Program-made: the position numbers and the translations under genes | Assembly (NCBI GenBank): GCA_963976765.1 | Contig: CAXBME010000012.1 | Coordinates: 1 to 64,000, forward strand | Reading direction: 5' to 3' | From: an uncultured Planctomycetaceae bacterium | Lineage (GTDB): Bacteria > Planctomycetota > Planctomycetia > Planctomycetales > Planctomycetaceae | Length of the DNA: 64,000 bases | Part shown: positions 27,629 to 38,416 of the stretch, piece after piece | Layout: each line of letters opens with the position of its first letter | Numbering within the stretch: position 1 is the first letter of the stretch | Notes under the pieces: generated by a model | Databases searched by the model: none | What the model saw: only the letters and a program-made list of their open reading frames with translations | What the model was told of the DNA's origin: nothing

Positions 27629-29494
27629 CTACTTGAGGCTGGCTCCATAGGCGGTTCCCAGACTTTTAAGATCCGTGGCGTAAACAGCGGTCACCGCTGC
27701 TCTCACGTTCGCACCAGACTGAAGCCGATCAATGAACTGGCCGAATTTTCGCGGCCCGCCAGCCTTGATCATGAACGAAACCAGTGAATAGCCAACAGGA
27801 CCAATATCGCCTGGCCCAAACTGACCGTCGGTGAAGACGTCTTCCGGGCGAGTAATTCCTTTAAGCGCTTCCAGAATCTGCGAGCCCATGCCGTCAATGT
27901 AGGCATTCGATCCAACTGCTCGGCTGGCCAGGGCCAGCCCCGTTCCCCGAATGACCCATTGCGGGAGGCTGGTGCCCGGTTTCTGTAGATAGGCACCGGT
28001 GATGTGGTCAATGATGCTGAGGTGAAGTCCGCCATGCGTTTCACCAGGATCGTCGCCGACGTCCTCGACAGCGATGTACGCGTCTTCGAAACCGGTGGTA
28101 ACGTGGGCGTGGCCGTGAACGTCGCGAGCTGTGCTCCGGCTGTGCAGAACCTGGTTCAACTCGGTGTAACCGAATCGGTCCTTCATGACGAAGATCGTCA
28201 GTCGACCTTTCCAGACCGGGCGGTTCTGGACTCCAAACATCGACCGCAACTCACCAACGTACTGCCCTGCCCAGTCGCTGACCTGTTTGAGTCGGTCTTC
28301 TGAAGCATCGCCGTAGACATAGAACTCGTCGCTGGCCACAAAACGCGCGGTTGTACGAGCCGACACTCGCTTCCACTGTTCCTCGGTCCGCTGCTCACGC
28401 ATCTGGCGGAACTCATCCGGAGACAACGCCGCCAGACGTTCCATAGCCAGTTCGTCTTCCGTTGGAACGAGTTGACGAAGCGGAGTTTTGGCGTCACCAC
28501 CGTCAAACTTCGCTCCTTCTTCAATCCACGTTTTCAGGTCAGCGTGAAACTTGCGGGTGATTCGAGCCTGTCCCTGCGGCATGCGAGGCTGCTCCCCTGC
28601 CCCGACCAGTTGCCACAATCGACTACCGTCGAGATTTCCCGCAACGATCACTCGACCGCTGTCGCCGCCGCGCATCAGGTTTTCAAATGTTTCGACATTC
28701 AATCCGCTGTTGGGATCATTTCCTCGATGGCATCCCGTGCAGAGATTCACAATCGTCGGCGCGATATCCCGCACAAAGGAAACTTTTTCCGTACCGGTTG
28801 CCTTCGTGATCATGACGGGCGGGGCGTCGGGTTCTTTGCTGCCATCTGGTTTGAGCTCGGACAGTGGAATCGCTTCGTCGCTCCCGTCGAAGGGAGCACC
28901 CTGATTGATCCAGGTAAAGATTTTTTCAAGTTCCGCCCGGTCAAGCGGGGTCCCGTTTCTGGGCATTCGAGCTTGCGCATCCTGAGTAGCAACTCGCAGC
29001 ATCAACAGACTTCGCTGAGCCTGGTTGGGGACCAGCAAGGCTCCGCTCTGCCCGCCGCGTTTCATCGTTGCGAACGAGGTGAGGTCCAGGCGGCCGCGAG
29101 GGTTGTCGCTCCCGTGGCAGTTGCCACATTTGCCGGCAAGGATCGGAGCGATCTCGCCGGAAAAGCTGATCAGCGTCGGATCGGGTTTGTCGAGAGCCTT
29201 GGCCACTCGTTGCCGATTGTTCGTCAGCAGCTTCATCAGAGTGGTGACTGACCGGTCGGTCGGCGGAAACTGAGCATCTTCAATCAGCTTCCTGGCCTGG
29301 CTGTTAAGCTCTTCGAGTTTTTTCTCGGCTTCTTCGTATTCCTTGCGCCGGATCATGGACGATACGGAGGCGACTTCCTTTTGAATCGCCGAAAGTTCCT
29401 TTCGCTGCTCGGGAGTTGGAGCCGCCTCAGAAACCGAAACAGACATCACCAGCACCGCAATGCCAAGAGCCACGCATGCACAGAGTTGTCGCAT
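27629..29494 (-). CDS. Secreted protein with two planctomycete cytochrome c domains
   Basis: Signal peptide, SF..EIAPIL..KCGNCHG and SFVRDIAP...CTGCHRG, each followed by GG.SG...RMP...WI.(Q/E)GA. Confidence 0.85.
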   Translation of the reverse strand: MRQLCACVALGIAVLVMSVSVSEAAPTPEQRKELSAIQKEVASVSSMIRRKEYEEAEKKLEELNSQARKLIEDAQFPPTDRSVTTLMKLLTNNRQRVAKALDKPDPTLISFSGEIAPILAGKCGNCHGSDNPRGRLDLTSFATMKRGGQSGALLVPNQAQRSLLMLRVATQDAQARMPRNGTPLDRAELEKIFTWINQGAPFDGSDEAIPLSELKPDGSKEPDAPPVMITKATGTEKVSFVRDIAPTIVNLCTGCHRGNDPNSGLNVETFENLMRGGDSGRVIVAGNLDGSRLWQLVGAGEQPRMPQGQARITRKFHADLKTWIEEGAKFDGGDAKTPLRQLVPTEDELAMERLAALSPDEFRQMREQRTEEQWKRVSARTTARFVASDEFYVYGDASEDRLKQVSDWAGQYVGELRSMFGVQNRPVWKGRLTIFVMKDRFGYTELNQVLHSRSTARDVHGHAHVTTGFEDAYIAVEDVGDDPGETHGGLHLSIIDHITGAYLQKPGTSLPQWVIRGTGLALASRAVGSNAYIDGMGSQILEALKGITRPEDVFTDGQFGPGDIGPVGYSLVSFMIKAGGPRKFGQFIDRLQSGANVRAAVTAVYATDLKSLGTAYGASLK

Positions 29495-29805
29495 TCTTAC
29501 AATCCTCAAATCATCGAGCTGACGGACCCGCTGTATCGGTCCGTGTCTGACAGTTCTGGCCGAGTATAGGCCCGCCGGCAAGTCGAAGAAAGACTCGCTG
29601 CCATGCAGGAACTGACTCGCGCAACGTCACGGTATAACCTCGCGTCGCCCAGCAGACTTCGTTGCATTTCGAGCCGCCGTTGCCAGATTGTCAAATTATA
29701 CGCTTGTGCAGACGGCGTGTTTCGAGTGTGCAAACAGAAACAGCCCGCCGGATTCGGCAGGCTGTTCTGTTGCTCGATTTTGCTCAACTTGACTGTCAGC
29801 TCTGC

Positions 29806-30321
29806 CTACTTAACGGCAGCCAGGGCGGCTTCGTAGTTCGGGTGATCAGCGATTTCGCTGACGTACTCAACGTGAGTCAGTTTTCCGTCGCCGTCGGCCA
29901 CGAAGACTGCTCGGGCCAGGCAGCGATGCAGCGGGCCGCCCTGAATCAGGACTCCGTAAGCTTCGCCGAAGCCGGTGCAGCGATGGCCGCTGAGGGCCTG
30001 AATGTTTTCAGCCGACTCCGTTCCGCACCAGCGTTTCTGAGCGAACGGGAGGTCCATGCTGACGACCAGGACTTCGACACCGTCCAGGCTGCCGGCCTCG
30101 TCATTGAAACGTTTGGTTTCCTGATGACAGGTTGGGGTATCCAGTGACGGCACCGTAATAATGATGCGTTTTTTGCCGGCGCTATCAGCGAGCGTCACGT
30201 CGCCGAGCGCGTTGTTCTGTAGTTTGAAGTCGGGAGCCACGTCGCCGACTTTGAGTTCCGGTCCAGCCAGATCGACGCCGTTTCCTTTGAGTGTTACCGC
30301 TCCGCTGCGAACATCCGCCAT
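29806..30321 (-). CDS. tpx: Thiol peroxidase (Tpx)
   Basis: VTLKGN, VPSLDTPTC, SMDLPFAQKRWCG, LARAVFV, EYVSEIADHPNY. Start ATG 30321. Confidence 0.92.
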   Translation of the reverse strand: MADVRSGAVTLKGNGVDLAGPELKVGDVAPDFKLQNNALGDVTLADSAGKKRIIITVPSLDTPTCHQETKRFNDEAGSLDGVEVLVVSMDLPFAQKRWCGTESAENIQALSGHRCTGFGEAYGVLIQGGPLHRCLARAVFVADGDGKLTHVEYVSEIADHPNYEAALAAVK

Positions 30322-30632
30322 TTGTCTTCTCCAGAGATGCGAGCTGTCGTCGTGACAGCTCGAAGTGTCCATTGGTTGTCGTGTGGGACCGTGGTTATTT
30401 TGGAACCGGCAGTCACATCCACTCCCTTTGGGCGGATCAAACACGTCCGCCCCACAGTTGCACCATTTAGCCGACTCCGACATTTCGCACAACAGATCGG
30501 CGGTTCGCGGCTGCCATCATCTTGGATGCTCAACCGGTTGACGAGTTGCCTCAGCAGCAGCCAGGCTTTGATTTTCAGACCACGGTTTCTCGTACGACGC
30601 ATTCTGAGAACCACCAACAGGAACTCTTGCAG

Positions 30633-32090
30633 ATGACAGACTCACTCATCCGTTTCCGTACTGCGGTGCTCGTTTTCATTTTTTGCGGAATGAATGCCGT
30701 TCCTGCGAGGTCGGCGGATGAAGATCGCAAACATCCGAATTTCCTCTTCATTATTGCCGACGACTGCACGCATCGAGACATCGGCTGTTACGGCGGCCAG
30801 GCGATGACTCCTAACATTGATCAGCTCGCAAAAGAAGGCATGAGGTTCACTCAATGCTTTCAGGCAGCTCCGATGTGCTCGCCGACTCGGCACAACATTT
30901 ACACAGGGCTTTACCCAGTAAAGAGTGGCGCCTATCCGAATCACACGTTTGCGAAGGACGGTACAAAGAGCGTCGTCCACTACCTGAAACCGCGAGGCTA
31001 TCGGGTGGCGTTGAGCGGAAAGAGTCACATTGCGCCGCGAGACGTTTTTCCCTTCGAGATGTCTGCGGTGAAAAATAACCCGGACATGGATGCCGTCGAG
31101 AAACTGTTTGAAGAGAGCAAGGATGCCGGCACTCCGTTCTGCCTGTTTGCCTGTTCGAACGAGCCGCACACTCCGTACACGATGGGCGATCCGTCAAAGT
31201 ACGACGCTGAAAAAATCAAACTGCCGGCCAATTTCGTCGACACGCCCGAGACCCGTGCCGAATACGTCAAGTACCTGGCGGAAATCACCTACTACGACTG
31301 GCAGGTGGGTGAGTGTCTGCGGCTGCTCGATAAGCACGGGCACGCGGATAACACACTCGTGATGGTGGTCAGTGAGCAGGGATCGAGCTTTCCGTTTGCC
31401 AAATGGACCTGCTACGACTCTGGTCTGCAAAGCGCGATGATCGCTCGCTGGCCAGGAAAAATCGCTGCGGGAGCCACGAGCGACGCAATGGTCGAGTACG
31501 TCGATGTGCTCCCGACGTTCCTCGACGCAGCCGGTATGAAGCGACCGGACGTGCTCGATGGACGCAGCTTTCTTCCGGTCCTGACTGGCAGAAAATCAAC
31601 GCATAAGGATTTTGTGTTCGGCCTCATGACAACCCGCGGAATCAACAACGGCTCGGACCACTTCGGAATTCGATCGGTCCGCTCCGCCAGGTACAAGTAC
31701 ATTGTCAATCTGACTCCGGATGTGAAGTTTCAGAATGCGTGCGTCAAGTTGCCGTCCTTCACTTCCTGGAAAGTCAGGGCGGAAGCCGGCGACGCCACCG
31801 CTGCCGAAGTCGTCCGCCGCTATGAACATCGTCCTGCCGAAGAACTCTATGACGTGACAACTGATACGCTCGAATGGAAGAACCTCGCCGACGATCCAAA
31901 CCTCGCTGCCGTAAAAGCGGAGCTGAAAAACCAGCTCGCAATGTGGATGGCTGCTCAAGGTGACCAAGGCGCGCAAACAGAAATGGAAGCGCTCGAGCAC
32001 CAGGGGCGAAACCGAACTAAATCCGGTAAGAGTCCCACAACAAAGGCAAAGAAAGCTCGCGGTAAGAAGAAGGCCAGCAGTCAGAATTAG
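30633..32090 (+). CDS. Sulfatase (Cys-type, sulfamidase-like)
   Basis: PNFLFIIADD, TPNIDQLA, CSPTR, GKSH, EELYD. Likely start ATG 30633. Confidence 0.9.
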   Translation: MTDSLIRFRTAVLVFIFCGMNAVPARSADEDRKHPNFLFIIADDCTHRDIGCYGGQAMTPNIDQLAKEGMRFTQCFQAAPMCSPTRHNIYTGLYPVKSGAYPNHTFAKDGTKSVVHYLKPRGYRVALSGKSHIAPRDVFPFEMSAVKNNPDMDAVEKLFEESKDAGTPFCLFACSNEPHTPYTMGDPSKYDAEKIKLPANFVDTPETRAEYVKYLAEITYYDWQVGECLRLLDKHGHADNTLVMVVSEQGSSFPFAKWTCYDSGLQSAMIARWPGKIAAGATSDAMVEYVDVLPTFLDAAGMKRPDVLDGRSFLPVLTGRKSTHKDFVFGLMTTRGINNGSDHFGIRSVRSARYKYIVNLTPDVKFQNACVKLPSFTSWKVRAEAGDATAAEVVRRYEHRPAEELYDVTTDTLEWKNLADDPNLAAVKAELKNQLAMWMAAQGDQGAQTEMEALEHQGRNRTKSGKSPTTKAKKARGKKKASSQN

Positions 32091-32118
32091 AGCCGTAACT
32101 CAGTAGCTTCGAAGCGTC

Positions 32119-32601
32119 TTGATGCACCTTGCATTCACCGGCTTAACACGAATGAGCAGCGAACGTCAAACGTTTAACGCAGGACCAGGCTTCTGGTTAA
32201 TGGCTGGATTTTTCGCGTGGTTTACTTCTGGAATTATTCATGTCGATCCATTCAGTGTTTACGTCCTGACGCTTATGTGGGGAATGATCCTCTGCGTTTT
32301 TCCCTACTGGACGGTGCTTACTTCCGACGGATTTCAGAGGCACGGGCTAATCAGGATTAAACGCTTTTCTGAGGGACGCCCATGGTCGGAAGCGATTCGA
32401 ATAACAATCGAGGAGAGTTCGTGGAAACGACCACGCATCGTCTTGACGTTCGCCGATCACTCTCAGGTGGAGTTCGGAGCCAGGACTATTACACGCTGGC
32501 CTGAATTCTGTCGGCTGATACTTTCGAGCCTTCCAGAAGGCTGCGTTGGCGTGGACACGGCGTTCGTGAAGCTCAAACTTGAACCCAGTAACGCTCCTTA
32601 G
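32119..32601 (+). CDS. Hypothetical membrane protein
   Basis: Two hydrophobic segments followed by a small beta-rich domain. Abuts the ABC ATPase. Confidence 0.5.
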   Translation: MMHLAFTGLTRMSSERQTFNAGPGFWLMAGFFAWFTSGIIHVDPFSVYVLTLMWGMILCVFPYWTVLTSDGFQRHGLIRIKRFSEGRPWSEAIRITIEESSWKRPRIVLTFADHSQVEFGARTITRWPEFCRLILSSLPEGCVGVDTAFVKLKLEPSNAP

Positions 32602-33368
32602 TGACGCGCCCCACCGACTCGCTTCGAGACGTCATCATGACCGATTCTGCACTCGAACTCGAAAATGTCGTGAAGACATACGGTGAAGGCAGTGTCAGCG
32701 TTCCGGTTCTGAAGGGAATCAGCATCAGCATCAACGTTGGAGAAAGAATCGCACTGCTCGGGAAATCCGGCTCTGGCAAATCGACATTGTTGAACCTGCT
32801 GGGCGGACTTGACCGAGCAACGTCGGGAAGTATTTCTGCCTTCGGGACGCGAATCGACGGTCTGACTTCGCGAGGAATGGCTAAGTATCGACTCAACACG
32901 GTTGGCATCATCTTTCAGGGCTACAATCTGCTGGCGATGAAAACCGCTCGTGAGAATGTCGAGCTGCCGCTGATTTTTGCTGGTAAGTCAACAGGAGAGC
33001 GGCGTGCTGCTGCCAAGCGCGCGTTGGCCGCAGTCGGGCTGAGTAGCCGCATGGATCACAAACCGACAGAACTCTCCGGCGGGGAACAACAGCGAGTGGC
33101 GATTGCTCGCGCTCTGGTCAACCAGCCGAAGTTGCTTCTGGCCGATGAACCGACCGGCAACCTTGATTCCGCGACGGCTGAAGAGGTCATCGACGTTCTC
33201 TCGGCTTACGTTTCTGAGCACTCTACAACGGTCATCCTCGTAACACACGACGATGATCTGGCTGAGCGATTCTCGGATCGCATTCTGAGGATCCAGGACG
33301 GCCAGTTTGTGGATGATGTCTCAGTTGCTGCCTCATCCGGAACAGGTAACGACAAGGCCAGATCATGA
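32601..33368 (+). CDS. ABC transporter ATP-binding protein (LolD/MacB type)
   Basis: [39 protein letters not shown]. Confidence 0.95.
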   Translation: MTRPTDSLRDVIMTDSALELENVVKTYGEGSVSVPVLKGISISINVGERIALLGKSGSGKSTLLNLLGGLDRATSGSISAFGTRIDGLTSRGMAKYRLNTVGIIFQGYNLLAMKTARENVELPLIFAGKSTGERRAAAKRALAAVGLSSRMDHKPTELSGGEQQRVAIARALVNQPKLLLADEPTGNLDSATAEEVIDVLSAYVSEHSTTVILVTHDDDLAERFSDRILRIQDGQFVDDVSVAASSGTGNDKARS

Positions 33369-34900
33369 GAAGGATCGACCTGGTTGGCCTTGCGGTGACT
33401 GCTCTGCTCCAGCGCAGAACCCGGACGGCGTTAACACTGCTTGGCATCGTTGTCGGTGCGTGCTTGCTGGTGTCGAGTCTGGCGGCTTTTCGCGGAGTCC
33501 ACATCGCGATCGAAAATCAGTTCATGGGCTCCGAGAAGCTCCAGCGGATTCACATTTCCGCAAAGTACGGCGACGGCGAAGAGGCTGTTGAGCAGGCAGT
33601 AGTCGAGGGAAATGTTTCTAATGAGCGACGCGAACGTCTGAAGAAGGAAATCGCGAGCCATTCACCGAACCGCGAATGGAAACCGACAAAGCCGATTACA
33701 CCTGAATTGCTGACGGAAATCGCGAAGTTCGAGCATGTCGAATATGTCTGGCCGGACCTGGAACGCTACTGGCAGTTCTACTGGGACGAGCACGAGGAAC
33801 ACGGTCGAGTGATGTCGGCGATTGCTGGTCCGCAGGGAGTCGAGCATCTGATCGTCGCCGGTCGAGGTTTCCATTCAGATGACGAGAAGGCGGTGCTCGT
33901 CCACGAATACTTCGTTTACGATTGGGGTTTTCGCGACGACAGTCAGGTCGACGGAATCCTCGGCGAGAAGATTCATCTTGAAAACCACAACCAGAGCAAA
34001 CAGATCGCCAGCTCGTTGGACTACTTCAGCGGCTCCGAATTTACGGTCACCGAGAAAATACTGCTGGGTTCGTTACTTCTTCGCTTCCCTGACCTGGTTG
34101 ATCAACTTGAAGTGTCCGATGATTCAAAAGCGTTGCTGAAGCGAGCGTTCACGGCGGCTCCTGAAAAAGAAGATCACGTCGAGATTTCAGAAGAGTACAC
34201 CGTTGTCGGAGTCTTCCGGTCTCCGACGGAGGATGAACGCGATGACCTGCCCTTCGGTTGGCGAAGGGACCACACTGCACTGATTCTGCCCGTTCAGACG
34301 GCGATCGACCTCAACGGGAAATTGTCGGGGCGGGAGCAATTCTGGATTGATAGTGCCATTGTCAAAGTCGACGCGAATGAGACAGTCCGAAATGTTGTTG
34401 ATTCTTTGGAAGCAACAGGTGTCGACACGAATTCGATGGTCGAGTTTCTGGAGCACGTGCTGAGAAATCTGGCGCTCATCATGTGGGGTATGACGGGCTT
34501 TGCTGCCGCCGCGTTGCTTGTCGCGGCGATTGGTATTACCAACACCATGGTGATGGCCGTGCTGGAGCGAACGCGAGAAATCGGCATCATGAAAGCGGTC
34601 GGGGCCAGCGAGAGACAGATCATGAGCATCTTTCTGATCGAAGGCATGCTGCTTGGGCTGGCTGGCGGCACCATTGGAGTCTTATGCGGCCTGGGAATTT
34701 CGGTCGGAATGGACTCATGGGTGCGGTCGATTCTTGAAGGTGAGTTTCACGACACGATTTCGGAGCCGATGTTCGTGTTCCCTGCCTGGCTGGCACTCAG
34801 CGTGCCCGCCTTCTGCGCGATCGTCACAACCGTCGCCGCGTTCTATCCCGCGCGCCGAGCCGCCCGCATCGACCCGGTCCAGGCTTTGCGGCACGACTGA
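33365..34900 (+). CDS. ABC transporter permease (MacB/FtsX type)
   Basis: RTALTLLGIVVG, GITNTM..AVLERTREIGIMKAVGA, YPARRAARIDPVQALR. Confidence 0.92.
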   Translation: MRRIDLVGLAVTALLQRRTRTALTLLGIVVGACLLVSSLAAFRGVHIAIENQFMGSEKLQRIHISAKYGDGEEAVEQAVVEGNVSNERRERLKKEIASHSPNREWKPTKPITPELLTEIAKFEHVEYVWPDLERYWQFYWDEHEEHGRVMSAIAGPQGVEHLIVAGRGFHSDDEKAVLVHEYFVYDWGFRDDSQVDGILGEKIHLENHNQSKQIASSLDYFSGSEFTVTEKILLGSLLLRFPDLVDQLEVSDDSKALLKRAFTAAPEKEDHVEISEEYTVVGVFRSPTEDERDDLPFGWRRDHTALILPVQTAIDLNGKLSGREQFWIDSAIVKVDANETVRNVVDSLEATGVDTNSMVEFLEHVLRNLALIMWGMTGFAAAALLVAAIGITNTMVMAVLERTREIGIMKAVGASERQIMSIFLIEGMLLGLAGGTIGVLCGLGISVGMDSWVRSILEGEFHDTISEPMFVFPAWLALSVPAFCAIVTTVAAFYPARRAARIDPVQALRHD

Positions 34901-34901
34901 A

Positions 34902-35804
34902 TTATTTGCGAGTCTGGGCTTTCTCTCTGATTTCTTTTCGAGAATTGTCGAGTCGGCTCGGCCAGGTAAATGACGGAGCCGATTCGGGATCGTATCCCGC
35001 AAGGTGTCCCGTCAATCGTGTAGCTGGTTTTGTGTAGACGAGTCTGGTATTCCCGAAAACCTCTTCACAGAGTTCTGCGAGGCCGGGATCGTACTCTCTC
35101 AGCTCTTCACGAGTGTCGACGTGGTTGTGATCGTGATCCGGCGGACGGTTGTTGTTAAACCATGACTGCACGCCCTCGGCGAAGTATTCCGCGTGATTGA
35201 CCGAGGCGTACTTCGTTTTCCACAACCCGGCTTTCATGGCTCGCTCGTAGGAAGCTTTGAGGCGATTATCAAAGGTTGCATCAACAACAACCATGCCTCG
35301 CAGGTGGATATTGTGGGCAAACTCGTGGATGAGAATATTCTCCGTTTCATACGGGTCGTCCTTAAGGCCCAGCAGATTTTCCTCGCCACACGAGCAGACG
35401 GGATCCGTCTTCGAACCGCCCAGCCCTCTCGCTCGCGCATCCCAGAAATCTTTAGGCTTCATGTGTGAATGCTCGGGCACGTCCGTCGTGAACTCGTCAT
35501 GAGCCATGACAACCAGCCGCGATCCGCCGTCGATCATTGCCTGTCGAACGTCGGACCGCTTTGCCAGCATCATGTTCACGAGGTACGCCGCTTCTTTCAG
35601 AGCGTAGTCGTTGACCTTACCGGAACTCACGATCGGATACCCTTTTGCCGAAACGTACTTCTCGTAGAAAGGCGACAGTTTCATTCCGGACGGAGGTGCC
35701 GTTACTTCAAACTCTTCATGCCGGGTTTCTGATGATAACTCGTCGGCCAGGGCCGGAATTCCGGACATCAACCAGACCAGTGTCAAAGCAAGCGACGACT
35801 TCAT
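34902..35804 (-). CDS. Secreted zinc metallopeptidase-like protein (HExxH)
   Basis: Signal peptide, ILIHEFAH and downstream AEYFAEG. Confidence 0.65.
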   Translation of the reverse strand: MKSSLALTLVWLMSGIPALADELSSETRHEEFEVTAPPSGMKLSPFYEKYVSAKGYPIVSSGKVNDYALKEAAYLVNMMLAKRSDVRQAMIDGGSRLVVMAHDEFTTDVPEHSHMKPKDFWDARARGLGGSKTDPVCSCGEENLLGLKDDPYETENILIHEFAHNIHLRGMVVVDATFDNRLKASYERAMKAGLWKTKYASVNHAEYFAEGVQSWFNNNRPPDHDHNHVDTREELREYDPGLAELCEEVFGNTRLVYTKPATRLTGHLAGYDPESAPSFTWPSRLDNSRKEIREKAQTRK

Positions 35805-36165
35805 GAATGACCTGCGGGCTTAAGTTCAATTTCATAAATTCAAATACAACTTATACGCACGAACTGAGTCGTCAGACTGTAACGACTCGAACGAACATGA
35901 CGACGATCATCTGGCTCGCAAGCGAGCTGCGACCGCTCCAGATTGTTGAAATTCAGATTCGTCAAATACTCGGCAGTCGGGTTTCGATAAAACAATACAA
36001 GCAATGCAAACTCGTCGTTCGAAGTTCCCGACAGTCGTGAAATTGCTCATTGGACTTGCCTCGAAAGGCGGTCGTGCCCACCATATTTGCCTCAGTCTTA
36101 TCCTCAAAGTGCTGAATTCGCGACTTCAATCCTTCCCCTTCTCTCCCCCACCTGGATCATTCACC

Positions 36166-38346
36166 GTGAACGCTCTCAAAGCTTCCGTTCTAAACGCGAT
36201 CCTCGTTGCCGGTATGATGCTCATGGTGCTGAGCCCAGCTCATGTCGTCGCTCAAGGACTGGCTCCAGACAAGTTGACGGGGCTCGTCATTGATGACGCG
36301 AAGGCAGAACTTGTTGGAGAATGGATGTCGAGCACCAGCGTCGGGCCGTACCTCGGCGAGTCGTACATTCACGACATGGCCAACGGCAAAGGTGAAAAAT
36401 CCGTCAAGTTCAAGTTTCGCATCAGTAAACCGGGCGAGTACCACCTTCTTGTCGCCTATTCGGCAAACGGCAATCGAGAAGCCAAAGTCCCAATCACGGT
36501 CAGCTCGGGCGATCAGACTGGTACCGCGTTTCTGAACCAGAAAAAGAAGCCGGAACTCGCGACGGGATTTTCGTCGGTAGGAGCGTTCGTCCTTGCTGCC
36601 GACAGCGAAACCACCGTGCTGATCGAAACCAAAGGGACCACGGGCTACGTCATCGTCGATGGTATCCGGCTTCTTTCTGACGCCGAGTTAAAGACGGCGC
36701 GCACGGTCGAGATGACAATCCCTCCGGGCGTCGCCACGGTTAAACCATCGACGAAGAAGACTGTCGGCAAAAAAGAGACTCCACCTCCGCCGGTCGCGCC
36801 GACGTTTGTTCGAAAGCCTGCTACGGCGAAGTTCTCTTCATTGACGTCGGCTGAGTTCGATCGCCTGCTCGGAGTCGGTGAATCAAGTGACCTGAAGCTG
36901 GTTGATGATGTTCGATTCTTTCGACGTGTTTCTTTAGACCTTGTCGGGAGACAGCCAACGCTCGACGAATACCGGACCTTTGTCAAAGACGTGTCTCCCA
37001 ATCGTCGCGAGGAGACTGTTGAGCGTCTGCTGGCGTCGCCCGACTTTGGAAAGAACTGGGGAAACTACTGGAGCGACGTCATTGCCATGCGGCAGCCAGA
37101 GCCGCAGCTGACTTTTCTGAACTACGAACCGTTCCGAGGCTGGATTGCCGACCAGTTCAACAAGGGAGCCGGCTGGGACGAAAGCGTCTTTCGGATGGTG
37201 ACTGCGGTTGGCAAAGTCGGTGACGGAGCGGAAGGAACGTTCGTCGGTTTCCATCAGGGCGAAAGCAACCGCATCGCTGGTGAACTGTCGCGAGTCTTCC
37301 TCGGAGTCCGCATCGCCTGTGCTGAGTGTCACGACCATCCCTTTGTCGACATGCCGCAGGAAACCTTTCACGGCATGGCCGCATTCTTCGCTCGCGTGAA
37401 AGTCGACGTCGCTCAGAACACCAGCGACCTGATTAACGTCGCCAGCCAGGAAAAGGGCGAGCATAAGATGCCTGGTTCGAAGGAAGAGATGAAACCGACA
37501 ATGTACGAGGGAGAATCGCTGGAACTGGGCCTCAGCGATCTGGTTCGCCGAGAGAAACTTGGCTATTGGCTGGTCAACGGCGACAACCCGTTCTTCGCGC
37601 GAGCCTTTGTCAACCATATCCAGGCTCGGCTGATGGGACGAGGTTTTTTCGACCCGGTCGACGACCTGGGCGAAGGAGCGGAACCTTTGCTCGCGGAAGC
37701 TCATGACGCACTGGCTGGTCACTTTGTCGCGTCCAGTTTTGACGCTCGATCAGTCTTCCGGGTCATCGCAAATTCAAGGGCGTACCAGGCGGCCGATCGA
37801 GCCAGTCTGAAGCCGCCGACCACCGACGACAAAGAAGGAGCAAAGGGTAAGACACAGCTCGCTTTTTTCACCGGTGCTCGTCCGAAGAAACTACGAGGTG
37901 ACGAAGTCTTCGACTCGCTGGCGACGGCAGTTGAGCTGCCCAACCTGAAGGGGAAGATCGAAAAGAAATCTGAAGCTGTCCGATTTCCGATCCCTCCCAG
38001 GAGTACGCGAGACCTTGTTAACGAAGCGTTTGCTTACGACCCCGTCTTCCGGGACGCTTTGATCAATCGAACGATGGATCAGGCGATGTTTCTGATCAAC
38101 AACGACCAGATTCTCAAACAGGTCGACGCCAGCGGCGACACAATGCTGGCTCGGCTAGTGAAGGATGAAGCCGATAACAAAGTTGTCGTCGACGTGCTCT
38201 ACGCCCGCGTCCTTGCTCGTGAACCGTCGGCTCGTGAACGCACTATTGTGCTGAAGCATGTGGAAAGTCTGAACGATCGCGAGCGTGCTTTCGAAGATGT
38301 CCTGTGGAGCCTGCTGAACAGCGCCGAATTCACGACGCGCCACTAG
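36166..38346 (+). CDS. DUF1549/DUF1553 protein with N-terminal golvesin/xanthan-lyase-type beta domain
   Basis: RRVSLDLVGRQP, CAECHDHPF, NPFFARAFVN, FEDVLWSLLNSAEF. N-terminal VIDD..A..VGEW..S..YLGESYIHD. Likely GTG start 36166 (ORF track 36004). Confidence 0.85.
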   Translation: MNALKASVLNAILVAGMMLMVLSPAHVVAQGLAPDKLTGLVIDDAKAELVGEWMSSTSVGPYLGESYIHDMANGKGEKSVKFKFRISKPGEYHLLVAYSANGNREAKVPITVSSGDQTGTAFLNQKKKPELATGFSSVGAFVLAADSETTVLIETKGTTGYVIVDGIRLLSDAELKTARTVEMTIPPGVATVKPSTKKTVGKKETPPPPVAPTFVRKPATAKFSSLTSAEFDRLLGVGESSDLKLVDDVRFFRRVSLDLVGRQPTLDEYRTFVKDVSPNRREETVERLLASPDFGKNWGNYWSDVIAMRQPEPQLTFLNYEPFRGWIADQFNKGAGWDESVFRMVTAVGKVGDGAEGTFVGFHQGESNRIAGELSRVFLGVRIACAECHDHPFVDMPQETFHGMAAFFARVKVDVAQNTSDLINVASQEKGEHKMPGSKEEMKPTMYEGESLELGLSDLVRREKLGYWLVNGDNPFFARAFVNHIQARLMGRGFFDPVDDLGEGAEPLLAEAHDALAGHFVASSFDARSVFRVIANSRAYQAADRASLKPPTTDDKEGAKGKTQLAFFTGARPKKLRGDEVFDSLATAVELPNLKGKIEKKSEAVRFPIPPRSTRDLVNEAFAYDPVFRDALINRTMDQAMFLINNDQILKQVDASGDTMLARLVKDEADNKVVVDVLYARVLAREPSARERTIVLKHVESLNDRERAFEDVLWSLLNSAEFTTRH

Positions 38347-38416
38347 CAGGCTCACCGGACCCAGAATCACACCCCAAAAGTAACCTCTGCCTGCAATAAG
38401 ATGTCGGGACTCAAAA

